Shown here one piece after another: positions 14,110 to 24,244 of a DNA stretch of 64,000 nt. The DNA is from Escherichia phage 215Ecol030PP. The stretch lies in sequence record PP328843.1; one strand, 5' to 3'. Position 1 is the stretch's first letter; each line of letters opens with the position of its first letter. Under the pieces are notes generated by a model. The model was not told the DNA's origin and searched no databases. It saw nothing but the letters and a program-made list of their open reading frames with translations. A program made the translations under genes and the position numbers.

Positions 14110-15528
14110 TTATGGATAGGTATAGATGATACCAGTTTCTAAAGCAGTTTTATGAATGATGTATCCATTACGCGATTCTTGGACATCAACTTCTGGATAA
14201 TCTTTCATCATCTTCTGAAGAGTGTAACGATGCAGGTAGTATTTACTATCTGGATCTTCAGTTTTCCAATCTTTACCTTCTTCAGTCATTTTTTGGATTT
14301 CATCCATAACCCACCAACCGCACCAGATGTAAGCTGAGCTACGATGTGGAAGAGGATGAACATAAGGTAATTCACCTTCTGGTTCCGGAGCAGCTTTATC
14401 AGTTACCTGAACTTGACCTTCTGCTGTAATAGTTTTGCTATCATAATCAGCAGCAGTAACAGTTGCAGTAACTTCAATAGTTTGACTTCCAACAGATGAT
14501 GTATCAACGGTGTATACATTAGTTGACCCTTCTACAGGAGAAGAATCTTTCTTCCATGAATACGTAATTTGCGCTTCTTCCGGAGCATCCGTAACGTTAG
14601 CAGTAAATGTAGCCGAAGCATCTTGCTGAACATTAATAGAAGGAGGAGTCAATGTAACCTGTGGATTCATTGTCTTCTTATTAACTGTCAATGATACTTC
14701 ATTAGAAGTAACTTCCTTTTCATTATAATTTTCTGCAGTTACTTGGGCTACGCATTTAATTCTTTTTACTCCACTTGTAGTTGGAGTATAGTTAAATGTA
14801 GAGTTAGTTTCTCCACCAACTTGTGAATCATCTACATACCACTGATACGTAGCAGACGCTCCGTCAGGTTGAGAAGCTAATGCAGCAGTAAATTGAACCG
14901 GGGTTCCAATTACTCCAGCAGCAGGACTAGCAGGAGTTACTGCCAAGGTAGTTGTCTGTGTCTTTTTATTAACTGTCAATGATACTTCATTGGAAGTAAC
15001 GCTCAGTGCATCATAATCTGTCGCAGTTACTTGAGCTACACACTTAATTTTTTTAACTCCGCTTGTAGTAGGAGTATAATTGAATGTAGCAGAAGTTGCT
15101 TCGCTCACAGGAGAACCGTCAACGTACCATTGATACGTAGCAGATGCGCCCGATGGCTGCGAAGCTAAAGCAGCAGTAAATTCAACAGCTGTTCCGATTA
15201 CTCCTTCTGGAGGACTATTAGGAGTTACAGCTAAGGTAGTTGTCTGTGTCTTATTTTGAACTGTGATAGTTGTACTAATTTCAGCTGTTTCAGCTTCAGC
15301 TTCTGGAACTGTATTTGTTGCAACCACTTTAATAGTCTTTTGACCAGCAGGTCCTTTTAATACATAATTAAAGGTTGCTTCAGCTCCATCCTGTGGAACA
15401 TTATCTACACTCCAAGCATAGGTAATAGTTCCACCTTCAGTTTGACCACTGGGTGCAGCAGTAAACTGCTTGGTTTCATCAATAACCCCCGTTGGTGTTT
15501 TAGGAGTTATATCAACTGTAAAAGTCAT
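14110..15528 (-). CDS. hoc: highly immunogenic outer capsid protein Hoc, four Ig-like domains plus capsid-binding C-terminal domain
   Basis: 472 aa; C-terminal YIWCGWWVMDEIQKMTEEGKDWK... capsid-binding domain; two adjacent diverged 96-aa Ig-like units. Confidence 0.92.
   Translation of the reverse strand: MTFTVDITPKTPTGVIDETKQFTAAPSGQTEGGTITYAWSVDNVPQDGAEATFNYVLKGPAGQKTIKVVATNTVPEAEAETAEISTTITVQNKTQTTTLAVTPNSPPEGVIGTAVEFTAALASQPSGASATYQWYVDGSPVSEATSATFNYTPTTSGVKKIKCVAQVTATDYDALSVTSNEVSLTVNKKTQTTTLAVTPASPAAGVIGTPVQFTAALASQPDGASATYQWYVDDSQVGGETNSTFNYTPTTSGVKRIKCVAQVTAENYNEKEVTSNEVSLTVNKKTMNPQVTLTPPSINVQQDASATFTANVTDAPEEAQITYSWKKDSSPVEGSTNVYTVDTSSVGSQTIEVTATVTAADYDSKTITAEGQVQVTDKAAPEPEGELPYVHPLPHRSSAYIWCGWWVMDEIQKMTEEGKDWKTEDPDSKYYLHRYTLQKMMKDYPEVDVQESRNGYIIHKTALETGIIYTYP
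14677..15252 (-). repeat. tandem diverged duplication of a 288-bp Ig-like domain unit within hoc
   Basis: Hoc aa 93-188 and 189-284 both read KTQTTTLAVTP...TYQWYVD...EVSLTVNK; DNA about 80 percent identical. Confidence 0.8.
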
Positions 15529-15537
15529 AAGTTATCC

Positions 15538-16218
15538 TTATTTTAATGTTACGAAAGAAGAATTACGTGTTTCACGAATTAGAACTGATCCGTCACGATT
15601 AATGTAGTAAATTAAGCTAAATAAAGTTTGGTGTGCTGACGCGTGTTCAAAACTAGTTGGGTGAGATTTCCAATCCGGAGTTTCAGCAATCCACTGGTAA
15701 ATCCACCAAGGAACGGTGCAGAATCCTGGATTTTTTCCAATCAGCTGAAGATTCGGACTAAAGTTTTCCGGAAGAGTAAATACAGACAGCTTTTCAGATT
15801 CAATAATCTCAGCTACAGCCTGCTCGAATTTTTCTTCAACAAAAGGAGTATCTTCAATCAAAACATCGGTATTTTCAGGAATTTTATCCGTTTCTACTAC
15901 TTCAATTTTAATGTCAGATTTAACCGGAGAATCAATCAGAAGTGCTGCTTCTGGATTGACTTCTTCATCGTCATATTTTAATCCGTCTGCGGCATCAGCA
16001 GCATCAATTAAGTCTTTAATAGATAACCCATCAGTCTCTGGCATAGGTTCACTAGCGAGCTTCTGGAGAGCTTCTTCAATATCATTAACGATATTATCAA
16101 AAGATTTATTCTTTTTGACCTTTATACCAAACTGTTCAGCATATTCAGCTAATTTAGCTTTAGCTTCTTTGTTATCATCAAGAGCCTTCAGCTCTGCAAT
16201 ATAATCTTTATCTATCAT
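15538..16218 (-). CDS. inh: Inh, inhibitor of prohead protease
   Basis: 226 aa ORF directly upstream of hoc on minus strand, T4 inh size and position. Confidence 0.8.
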   Translation of the reverse strand: MIDKDYIAELKALDDNKEAKAKLAEYAEQFGIKVKKNKSFDNIVNDIEEALQKLASEPMPETDGLSIKDLIDAADAADGLKYDDEEVNPEAALLIDSPVKSDIKIEVVETDKIPENTDVLIEDTPFVEEKFEQAVAEIIESEKLSVFTLPENFSPNLQLIGKNPGFCTVPWWIYQWIAETPDWKSHPTSFEHASAHQTLFSLIYYINRDGSVLIRETRNSSFVTLK

Positions 16219-16231
16219 AATATTTCCTCAG

Positions 16232-16239
16232 TATAAATA
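16232..16239 (+). promoter_or_regulatory. late promoter TATAAATA for uvsW
   Basis: Exact motif about 30 nt upstream of uvsW ATG. Confidence 0.55.
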
Positions 16240-16268
16240 TAGATATATTTATTACATGGTATTTAGAC

Positions 16269-17780
16269 ATGACTGACATTAAAGTACATTTTTATGATTT
16301 TAGTCACGTGAGAATTGATTGTGAAGAAAGTACATTTCATGAACTCCGTGATTTCTTTAGCTTTGAAGCTGATGGGTATCGTTTTAATCCGAAGTACAGA
16401 TATGGCCACTGGGATGGACGAATCCGTCTGTTAGATTATAATCGTCTTCTTCCATTCGGCTTAGTCGGGCAAATTAAAAAGTTCTGTGATAACTTTGGCT
16501 ATAAAGCCTGGATTGACCCACAAATTAACGAAAAAGAAGAATTATCAAGAAAAGATTTTGATGAATGGCTTTCTAAATTAGAAATCTATTCAGGAAATAA
16601 AAGAATTGAACCACACTGGTATCAAAAAGATGCAGTGTTCGAAGGATTAGTTAATCGTCGTAGAATTCTTAATCTTCCAACATCCGCTGGTAAATCTTTA
16701 ATTCAAGCTTTGCTTGCGCGATATTATTTGGAAAATTATGAAGGTAAAATTCTTATCATTGTTCCAACAACTGCTCTGACAACTCAGATGGCTGATGACT
16801 TCGTCGACTATCGTTTATTCAGTCATGCAATGATAAAGAAAATTGGTGGCGGAGCATCAAAAGATGATAAATATAAAAATGATGCACCGGTCGTTGTTGG
16901 TACATGGCAAACTGTAGTAAAACAACCGAAAGAATGGTTCTCACAGTTTGGAATGATGATGAATGATGAATGTCATCTTGCTACAGGAAAAAGTATTTCA
17001 TCTATCATATCAGGTTTAAATAACTGCATGTTCAAATTTGGTCTATCAGGTTCATTACGTGATGGCAAAGCCAATATCATGCAGTATGTTGGAATGTTTG
17101 GTGAAATATTTAAGCCAGTAACGACTTCTAAGTTAATGGAAGATGGACAAGTAACTGAGCTAAAAATTAATAGTATTTTTCTTCGCTATCCCGATGAGTT
17201 CACTACTAAATTAAAGGGAAAAACTTACCAAGAAGAAATAAAAATTATTACTGGGCTCAGTAAAAGAAATAAATGGATCGCTAAATTAGCTATTAAGCTT
17301 GCACAAAAAGATGAAAACGCTTTTGTCATGTTTAAACATGTATCGCATGGTAAAGCTATTTTCGATTTAATTAAAAATGAATACGATAAAGTTTATTACG
17401 TATCAGGGGAAGTTGATACCGAAACCCGCAACGTAATGAAAACCTTAGCTGAAAATGGTAAAGGAATAATTATAGTAGCTAGTTATGGTGTATTTTCTAC
17501 TGGTATTTCAGTTAAAAATCTGCATCATGTTGTTTTAGCGCACGGCGTTAAATCAAAAATCATTGTATTACAAACAATCGGTCGTGTATTACGTAAGCAT
17601 GGTTCTAAAACAATCGCAACAGTCTGGGACCTCATAGATGACGCGGGCGTCAAGCCAAAATCTGCTAATACGAAAAAGAAATATGTTCATTTGAACTATC
17701 TTTTAAAACACGGCATTGATCGTATTCAGCGCTACGCAGATGAAAAATTTAATTACGTAATGAAAACAGTTAATTTATAA
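16269..17780 (+). CDS. uvsW: UvsW SF2 DNA/RNA helicase
   Basis: 503 aa; Walker A LPTSAGKS and DECH box MMNDECH; late promoter upstream. Confidence 0.93.
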   Translation: MTDIKVHFYDFSHVRIDCEESTFHELRDFFSFEADGYRFNPKYRYGHWDGRIRLLDYNRLLPFGLVGQIKKFCDNFGYKAWIDPQINEKEELSRKDFDEWLSKLEIYSGNKRIEPHWYQKDAVFEGLVNRRRILNLPTSAGKSLIQALLARYYLENYEGKILIIVPTTALTTQMADDFVDYRLFSHAMIKKIGGGASKDDKYKNDAPVVVGTWQTVVKQPKEWFSQFGMMMNDECHLATGKSISSIISGLNNCMFKFGLSGSLRDGKANIMQYVGMFGEIFKPVTTSKLMEDGQVTELKINSIFLRYPDEFTTKLKGKTYQEEIKIITGLSKRNKWIAKLAIKLAQKDENAFVMFKHVSHGKAIFDLIKNEYDKVYYVSGEVDTETRNVMKTLAENGKGIIIVASYGVFSTGISVKNLHHVVLAHGVKSKIIVLQTIGRVLRKHGSKTIATVWDLIDDAGVKPKSANTKKKYVHLNYLLKHGIDRIQRYADEKFNYVMKTVNL

Positions 17781-17792
17781 GGGCTTCGGCCC
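17781..17792 (+). terminator. stem-loop between uvsW and uvsW.1 (UUCG tetraloop)
   Basis: GGGC-TTCG-GCCC; likely stabilising or attenuating rather than a full terminator. Confidence 0.35.
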
Positions 17793-17805
17793 TTTGGAGA
17801 AAAAG

Positions 17806-18036
17806 ATGTTACTAGGATTTAAACAATTTCTTTATGAAGCTTCTATTGATGAATTTATGGGTAAAATTGCCTCTTGCCAAACATTAGAAGGTCTAGAAGA
17901 ACTTGAAGCTTATTACAAGAAAAGAGTCAAAGAAACTGAATTAAAAGATACTGATGACATCTCAGTCAGAGATGCTTTGGCAGGAAAAAGAGCTGAATTA
18001 GAAGATTCAGATGATGAAGTAGAAGAAAGTTTTTAA
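17806..18036 (+). CDS. uvsW.1: UvsW.1 small acidic protein
   Basis: ORF track begins at TTG 17794; ATG at 17806 with SD gives 76 aa. Confidence 0.75.
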   Translation: MLLGFKQFLYEASIDEFMGKIASCQTLEGLEELEAYYKKRVKETELKDTDDISVRDALAGKRAELEDSDDEVEESF

Positions 18037-18090
18037 ATAAAAAAGGCCCAACCAAAAAGGAAGGGCCAAAACTATAGACTAAAGGTCACA

Positions 18091-18258
18091 CTATAGCAAA
18101 AGTTGTGTTTCATTTAATTGTTCTTCCGAACTTTCTGAAACTGGTAGTTCTTTAATGTAATTATAGCAAGGCCCAGGATGTACAGGACCTTTGTCTGTTT
18201 CAACAACCAATGCAGAATCGATTGGAGTTTTACAGACAACACAAATCTTATCTGACAT
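18091..18258 (-). CDS. small Cys-containing ORF (55 aa) with its own late promoter and SD
   Basis: Hand translation MSDKICVVCKTPIDSALVVETDKGPVHPGPCYNYIKELPVSESSEEQLNETQLLL; AGGAGA 6 nt upstream; below ORF-track size cutoff. Confidence 0.35.
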   Translation of the reverse strand: MSDKICVVCKTPIDSALVVETDKGPVHPGPCYNYIKELPVSESSEEQLNETQLLL

Positions 18259-18283
18259 GATTGTCTCCTCTGAATTATATATC

Positions 18284-18291
18284 TATTTATA
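18284..18291 (-). promoter_or_regulatory. late promoter TATAAATA upstream of the 55-aa small ORF
   Basis: Minus-strand TATAAATA about 25 nt upstream of SD AGGAGA. Confidence 0.4.
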
Positions 18292-18511
18292 CAACTCTCA
18301 TATGCATATCAATGCCCATATCTTTAGAATAAAAATATTCATCAAGATATCCAGCAAATTTTCCTTTAATATAAAGGACATCTTCACCACACGGGTGGTC
18401 GGCCAGGATACGAATATCCTGACGCTTGAGATTATGCTTTTTCATTAAGAATTGAATTTCCGTTTCAAATTCTTCTTCATAATTAAAAGCATCATCAATG
18501 CTATATCTCAT
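18287..18511 (-). CDS. hypothetical protein downstream of uvsY (uvsY.-1 position)
   Basis: 74 aa ORF, ATGA overlap with uvsY stop. Confidence 0.6.
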   Translation of the reverse strand: MRYSIDDAFNYEEEFETEIQFLMKKHNLKRQDIRILADHPCGEDVLYIKGKFAGYLDEYFYSKDMGIDMHMRVV

Positions 18512-18924
18512 TATTTTCCAGCCTCAAATGCTCGCATGTCTTGAATATGCTTAATAGCAAATCCACGTGATTTAATAGCATCAAGAGCTCCGCTACAGAA
18601 ATCTAATAAAATCCCCCAATACTGTAACGAGGTATCAACCTTTAAAACATCCTTATCAGCTGATAGAACTGTCTTCATTTCTGATTTCTCGTAACGATCC
18701 ATACTAAATTCATCACCATCTCCTCGTCCCGAGTAGTAGTCTAATCTAGCTTTAAGAGCAACTTTTTTCTGTGCGTCAATTCTAAGCATTTCCTTTTTAA
18801 TACTTGAATGCTTATTAAGCCATTTACTATATAACATCACATTATTAGCTGCTTCATACTGTAATTTAGTCGAATCTATAAACACATCTTTCTTCAATTC
18901 TTCTTGAAGATCTTCTAATCTCAT
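18511..18924 (-). CDS. uvsY: UvsY recombination mediator
   Basis: 137 aa, T4 UvsY size; MotA-type middle promoter upstream. Confidence 0.93.
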   Translation of the reverse strand: MRLEDLQEELKKDVFIDSTKLQYEAANNVMLYSKWLNKHSSIKKEMLRIDAQKKVALKARLDYYSGRGDGDEFSMDRYEKSEMKTVLSADKDVLKVDTSLQYWGILLDFCSGALDAIKSRGFAIKHIQDMRAFEAGK

Positions 18925-18961
18925 ATTGTTCTCTATTCAATTGTTATTGGATGGACTTAGA

Positions 18962-18992
18962 TTCATTATACCACGTTTATACGTGAAGCATT
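18962..18992 (-). promoter_or_regulatory. MotA-dependent middle promoter upstream of uvsY
   Basis: Minus strand AATGCTTCA (MotA box) then 13 nt then TATAAT, about 40 nt upstream of uvsY ATG. Confidence 0.55.
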
Positions 18993-19389
18993 ATACTCTG
19001 TTACTGGAAGCCAGTTGTAGTTTTATCTGCTCAATATCATCAGGGTTATCGATGACCGAAAAGCGTATTTCTACTATCAGAGTATAATCATCATAAACTG
19101 GTATTACATTAACTGCTAATTTATCAATACGTGGCTCGTAGTTTCTTACTGCGCTTTCAATATTGCGCTCAACTGTGTCAGCAGTAAGAGGAGTCATATT
19201 TTCAAAAAGCTGGTCTGATAAATCACATCCAAATTCAGGGTCAAACGGTCTTGAACCTTTTCTTGTTGTAATAATTCCCAAAAGACTGTTTTTAATTGAC
19301 CTTAATCCAAGTGATCTGGAAACATCTTTGTTCCAATCCATTTTCATTTCCGGGTCAATATCAGAATAAAGCTTATTAATATTTGCCAT
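18991..19389 (-). CDS. 25: baseplate wedge protein gp25
   Basis: 132 aa, T4 gp25 size and position. Confidence 0.9.
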   Translation of the reverse strand: MANINKLYSDIDPEMKMDWNKDVSRSLGLRSIKNSLLGIITTRKGSRPFDPEFGCDLSDQLFENMTPLTADTVERNIESAVRNYEPRIDKLAVNVIPVYDDYTLIVEIRFSVIDNPDDIEQIKLQLASSNRV

Positions 19390-20015
19390 TATAGTAACTC
19401 AAAGAACTCTTTGAGGCCTCTTATTACGTGAGCATGGGTTTTTCCACACTCTGGACACTTAATTGGAACAGCCAAATAAACGGTAGGTTTTAAAAGCATA
19501 TCTTTTATAGCTACAATATCTGACTCTGTGATGATAGAATATAAATCTTCTAGTTCCTTTTCATTTAAGTCTTCAACTGGAATGCTTTCCCCGTTAGCAT
19601 GAATCGTTTCTATACATGATACTATCATGTGGGCTATATTTTTATCATCAAAAATTTTAGGGTATCGGAATTTAATTTTAATGTCACCCAGTGTATACCA
19701 GAGGTCTTCTGGTGCATCTATTTGTGTATGTAATAGATTTATATGGGTTGGTATTTCAGTTCCACAGGTGCACTTCCAGGAGTTTTCATGATTAACTTCT
19801 CCAAGAGAATGCGCCCATAAATGAATCAGCAGTAGTTCTGATTCTTGACGGTTTAAATCTTTTGCATTTGTGCATTCTTTGATTAGCTTTTTAACGATCT
19901 CTTCTACTGAACCGTTCTTTTTAGCAGTAATAAGCTCTAGATATTCTTTAAGAGTAAATGCGCGACAGTTGATTATTTTAGAACCAACTCTCACATCAAA
20001 TTTGTATTCATACAT
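19389..20015 (-). CDS. 26: baseplate hub protein gp26
   Basis: ORF track extends to 20075; ATG at 20015 with SD AAGGAGC gives 208 aa; ATGA overlap with gene 25. Confidence 0.8.
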   Translation of the reverse strand: MYEYKFDVRVGSKIINCRAFTLKEYLELITAKKNGSVEEIVKKLIKECTNAKDLNRQESELLLIHLWAHSLGEVNHENSWKCTCGTEIPTHINLLHTQIDAPEDLWYTLGDIKIKFRYPKIFDDKNIAHMIVSCIETIHANGESIPVEDLNEKELEDLYSIITESDIVAIKDMLLKPTVYLAVPIKCPECGKTHAHVIRGLKEFFELL

Positions 20016-20035
20016 ATTTAGCTCCTTTATTATCA

Positions 20036-20047
20036 TATTTATAAATA
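20036..20047. promoter_or_regulatory. overlapping divergent late promoters for gene 26 (minus) and gene 51 (plus)
   Basis: Palindromic TATTTATAAATA holds TATAAATA on both strands. Confidence 0.55.
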
Positions 20048-20064
20048 GAATAAAAGGAGCATCT

Positions 20065-20814
20065 ATGGCAAACATTATTCGTTGTAAATTACCAGATGGT
20101 GTTCATCGTTTTAAACCATTTACGGTAGAAGATTATCGAGATTTTTTGTTAGTTCGAAACGATATAGAACATCGGTCACCACAAGAACAAAAAGAAATAA
20201 TTGCTGATTTAATTGCCGATTATTTTGGAGACTATCCGAAGACTTGGCAACCATTTATATTTTTGCAGGTATTTGTAGGGTCAATAGGTAAAACAAAAGT
20301 ACCAGTCACATTCGTATGTCCAAAATGTAAAAAAGAAAAGACAGTTCCATTTGAAATATATCAAAAAGAATTAAAGGAACCTGTTTTTGATGTAGCTAAT
20401 GTTAAAATTAAATTAAAGTTTCCTTCTGAGTTTTATGAAAATAAAGCAAAGATGATTACTGAAAATATTCATTCTGTTCAAGTAGATGAAATTTGGTATG
20501 ATTGGAAGGAAATTAGCGAATCAAGTCAAATAGAACTTGTTGATGCAATCGAGATAGAAACATTAGAAAAAATTCTCGATGCAATGAATCCTATTAATTT
20601 AACTCTACATATGTCCTGCTGTGATAAGTATGTAAAAAAATACACTGATATAGTAGATGTGTTTAAGCTATTAGTTAACCCAGATGAAATATTTACTTTT
20701 TATCAAATTAATCACACACTCGTAAAAAGTAATTATAGCTTAAATTCAATAATGAAAATGATTCCTGCCGAGCGCGGATTCGTATTAAAACTGATTGAGA
20801 AGGATAAACAATAA
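20065..20814 (+). CDS. 51: baseplate hub assembly catalyst gp51
   Basis: ATG at 20065 after SD AAAGGAGC and late promoter; 249 aa ([12 protein letters not shown]...). Confidence 0.85.
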   Translation: MANIIRCKLPDGVHRFKPFTVEDYRDFLLVRNDIEHRSPQEQKEIIADLIADYFGDYPKTWQPFIFLQVFVGSIGKTKVPVTFVCPKCKKEKTVPFEIYQKELKEPVFDVANVKIKLKFPSEFYENKAKMITENIHSVQVDEIWYDWKEISESSQIELVDAIEIETLEKILDAMNPINLTLHMSCCDKYVKKYTDIVDVFKLLVNPDEIFTFYQINHTLVKSNYSLNSIMKMIPAERGFVLKLIEKDKQ

Positions 20815-21989
20815 TGAGTATGTTGCAACGCCCTGGATATCCAAATCTCAGCGTTAAATTATTTGATAGCTACGACGCTTGGAGTAATAATAGATTTGTT
20901 GAATTAGCTGCTACTATTACCACATTAACTATGCGGGATTCTCTTTATGGCCGAAATGAAGGAATGCTGCAGTTTTATGATTCTAAAAATATTCATACAA
21001 AAATGGATGGAAATGAAATAATTCAGATTTCTGTAGCTAATGCAAACGATATTAATAATGTTAAAACACGAATTTATGGATGTAAGCATTTTTCCGTGTC
21101 AGTAGATTCAAAGGGTGATAACATCATTGCTATTGAATTGGGAACTATTCATTCTATAGAAAATCTTAAATTTGGCAGACCGTTTTTCCCTGATGCAGGT
21201 GAATCTATAAAGGAAATGCTTGGTGTCATTTATCAAGACCGCACGCTATTAACTCCAGCGATAAATGCTATAAATGCTTATGTTCCTGATATTCCATGGA
21301 CTAGCACATTTGAAAACTATTTGTCGTATGTTAGAGAAGTTGCTCTAGCTGTAGGAAGTGACAAATTTGTATTTGTATGGCAAGACATCATGGGAGTTAA
21401 CATGATGGATTATGATATGATGATAAATCAAGAACCATATCCAATGATTGTCGGTGAGCCATCTTTAATAGGTCAATTCATCCAAGAACTAAAATACCCA
21501 TTAGCGTATGATTTCGTTTGGTTGACTAAATCGAATCCTCACAAACGTGACCCAATGAAAAACGCTACTATCTATGCTCATTCATTTTTAGATTCTTCAT
21601 TGCCAATGATTACTACAGGAAAAGGCGAAAACTCTATTGTAGTGTCAAGGTCAGGTGCTTATTCTGAAATGACTTATAGGAATGGATATGAAGAAGCTAT
21701 TCGTCTTCAAACTATGGCGCAATATGATGGCTATGCTAAATGTTCTACTGTCGGTAATTTTAACTTGACCCCTGGCGTTAAAATTATTTTTAATGATAGT
21801 AAAAACCAATTTAAAACAGAATTTTACGTTGATGAAGTTATTCATGAATTATCAAATAATAATTCAGTAACTCATCTATATATGTTCACTAATGCAACGA
21901 AACTGGAAACAATAGACCCAGTTAAGGTTAAAAATGAATTTAAATCTGATACTACCACTGAAGAAAGCAGTTCTTCCAATAAGCAATAA
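20814..21989 (+). CDS. 27: baseplate hub protein gp27
   Basis: 391 aa, ATGA overlap with gene 51. Confidence 0.93.
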   Translation: MSMLQRPGYPNLSVKLFDSYDAWSNNRFVELAATITTLTMRDSLYGRNEGMLQFYDSKNIHTKMDGNEIIQISVANANDINNVKTRIYGCKHFSVSVDSKGDNIIAIELGTIHSIENLKFGRPFFPDAGESIKEMLGVIYQDRTLLTPAINAINAYVPDIPWTSTFENYLSYVREVALAVGSDKFVFVWQDIMGVNMMDYDMMINQEPYPMIVGEPSLIGQFIQELKYPLAYDFVWLTKSNPHKRDPMKNATIYAHSFLDSSLPMITTGKGENSIVVSRSGAYSEMTYRNGYEEAIRLQTMAQYDGYAKCSTVGNFNLTPGVKIIFNDSKNQFKTEFYVDEVIHELSNNNSVTHLYMFTNATKLETIDPVKVKNEFKSDTTTEESSSSNKQ

Positions 21990-22467
21990 AGAAGTTTCTA
22001 TTCCTAAAATGGGTCTTAAACATTATAACATTTTAAAGGATGTTAAAGGTCCTGATGAAAATTTAAAACTTCTTATTGATTCTATTTGTCCGAATTTATC
22101 ACCGGCAGAAGTTGATTTCGTTTCTATTCATTTATTGGAATTTAATGGAAAGATTAAATCTCGTAAAGAAATAGATGGCTATACTTATGACATTAATGAT
22201 GTTTATGTATGCCAAAGATTGGAATTTCAATACCAAGGAAATACATTTTATTTTAGACCGCCTGGAAAATTTGAACAATTTTTAACGGTGAGCGATATGT
22301 TATCTAAATGCTTGCTTAAGGTCAATGATGAAGTTAAAGAAATTAATTTTCTTGAGATGCCAGCATTCGTTTTAAAATGGGCAAATGATATTTTTACAAC
22401 TTTAGCAATTCCTGGCCCTAATGGTCCAATAACCGGAATTGGCAATATTATTGGATTATTTGAATGA
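21934..22467 (+). CDS. 28: baseplate hub distal protein gp28
   Basis: 177 aa, overlaps 3' end of gene 27. Confidence 0.85.
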   Translation: MNLNLILPLKKAVLPISNKEVSIPKMGLKHYNILKDVKGPDENLKLLIDSICPNLSPAEVDFVSIHLLEFNGKIKSRKEIDGYTYDINDVYVCQRLEFQYQGNTFYFRPPGKFEQFLTVSDMLSKCLLKVNDEVKEINFLEMPAFVLKWANDIFTTLAIPGPNGPITGIGNIIGLFE

Positions 22468-24236
22468 AAAAGCCACAAGAAATGCAAACGATGCGTAGAA
22501 AAGTTATTTCAGATAATAAACCAACACAGGAAGCGGCTAAATCCGCTTCTAACACTTTATCTGGACTTAACGATATATCTACGAAATTGGATGATGCTCA
22601 AGCTGCTTCTGAATTAATTGCTCAAACGGTCGAAGAAAAATCAAATGAAATAATTGGAGCAATTGATAATGTAGAAAGCGCAGTGAGTGATACTACTGCC
22701 GGTTCTGAATTAATTGCTGAAACTGTCGAAATTGGCAACAATATTAATAAAGAAATCGGTGAATCACTCGGAAGTAAATTAGATAAATTAACGAGTTTAC
22801 TCGAGCAAAAAATCCAGACAGCCGGAATTCAACAAACAGGAACTAGTTTAGCTACGGTTGAAAGCGCTATTCCTGTTAAAGTTGTTGAGGACGATACAGC
22901 TGAATCTGTTGGTCCTTTATTACCGGCTCCTGAAGCAGTTAATAATGATCCTGATGCTGATTTTTTCCCTACCCCTCAGCCAGTTGAACCTAAACAAGAA
23001 TCGCCAGAAGAAAAACAGAAAAAAGACGCATTTAACTTAAAATTATCTCAAGCTTTAGATAAATTAACGAAGACTGTTGATTTTGGATTTAAGAAATCCA
23101 TTTCAATTACTGATAAAATATCGAGCATGTTATTTAAGTATACTGTCAGTGCTGCTATTGAAGCCGCTAAAATGACTGCAATGATATTGGCTGTTGTTGT
23201 CGGAATAGATCTGTTGATGGTTCATTTCAAATATTGGTCAGATAAATTTTCGCAGGCTTGGGATTTGTTTAGTACAGACTTTACTAAATTCTCTAGCGAA
23301 ACCGGAACATGGGGTCCTTTATTACAAAGCATCTTTGGTTCTATTGATAAAATTAAGAAGCTGTGGGAAGCTGGAGATTGGGGCGGATTGACAGCAGCTA
23401 TTGTAGAAGGACTTGGAAAGGTTCTTTTTAATTTAGGAGAGCTTATTCAGCTTGGAATGGCTAAATTATCTGCTGCAATTCTTCGAGTCATTCCTGGCAT
23501 GAAGGATACCGCTGATGAAGTAGAAGGAAGAGCACTAGAAAATTTCCAAAATACTACAAATGCTTCTCTTAACAAAGAAGACCAAGAAAAAGTTGCAAAC
23601 TATCAATATAAAAGAATGAATGGAGAACTTGGTCCGATAGCAAAAGGACTAGACAAAATTGCGAACTGGAAAACTCGTGCATCTAACTGGATTCGTGGTG
23701 TTGATAATAAAGAAGCACTAACGACTGATGAAGAGAGAGCAGATGAAGAAGAAAAATTAAAGCAACTTTCTCCGGAGGAAGCTAAAATTGCTTTAATGAA
23801 AGCTAATGAAGCTCGTGCTGCTATGAATCGTTTTGATGAATATGCTAATTCAGCTGATATGAGTAAAGATTCAACAGTTAAATCAGTTGAAGCTGCCTAT
23901 GAAGACCTTAAAAAACGGATGGATGACCCGGATTTAAATAATTCACCGGCAGTTAAAAAAGAACTTGCTGCTAGATTTTCTAAAATTGATGCTACTTATC
24001 AAGAGCTCAAGAAAAATCAGCCTAATGCCAAACCTGAAACTTCTGCTAAATCACCAGAAGCGAAACAAGTCCAGGTGATTGAAAAGAACAAAGCACAGCA
24101 AGCTCCTGTTCAACAAGCATCTCCTTCAATCAATAATACTAATAATGTTATTAAGAAAAATACTGTCGTTCATAATATGACACCCGTAACGAGCACGACT
24201 GCTCCTGGTGTATTTGATGCGACTGGAGTTAATTAA
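22464..24236 (+). CDS. 29: baseplate hub / tail length determinator gp29
   Basis: 590 aa, T4 gp29 size and position. Confidence 0.92.
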   Translation: MKKPQEMQTMRRKVISDNKPTQEAAKSASNTLSGLNDISTKLDDAQAASELIAQTVEEKSNEIIGAIDNVESAVSDTTAGSELIAETVEIGNNINKEIGESLGSKLDKLTSLLEQKIQTAGIQQTGTSLATVESAIPVKVVEDDTAESVGPLLPAPEAVNNDPDADFFPTPQPVEPKQESPEEKQKKDAFNLKLSQALDKLTKTVDFGFKKSISITDKISSMLFKYTVSAAIEAAKMTAMILAVVVGIDLLMVHFKYWSDKFSQAWDLFSTDFTKFSSETGTWGPLLQSIFGSIDKIKKLWEAGDWGGLTAAIVEGLGKVLFNLGELIQLGMAKLSAAILRVIPGMKDTADEVEGRALENFQNTTNASLNKEDQEKVANYQYKRMNGELGPIAKGLDKIANWKTRASNWIRGVDNKEALTTDEERADEEEKLKQLSPEEAKIALMKANEARAAMNRFDEYANSADMSKDSTVKSVEAAYEDLKKRMDDPDLNNSPAVKKELAARFSKIDATYQELKKNQPNAKPETSAKSPEAKQVQVIEKNKAQQAPVQQASPSINNTNNVIKKNTVVHNMTPVTSTTAPGVFDATGVN

Positions 24237-24244
24237 GGAATAAT

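Noticed and set aside
15643-16204. Plus-strand ORFs of 112 and 97 aa
   Set aside because: Antisense to inh; the real plus-strand late promoter is downstream of them at 16232. Spurious.
18037-18070. GGCCC...GGGCC stem after uvsW.1 as a terminator
   Set aside because: Loop is about 13 nt and there is no clear U tract; too weak to call.
18191-18448. 85-aa plus-strand ORF
   Set aside because: Antisense to the uvsY.-1 ORF and the late-promoter region; no translation signals.
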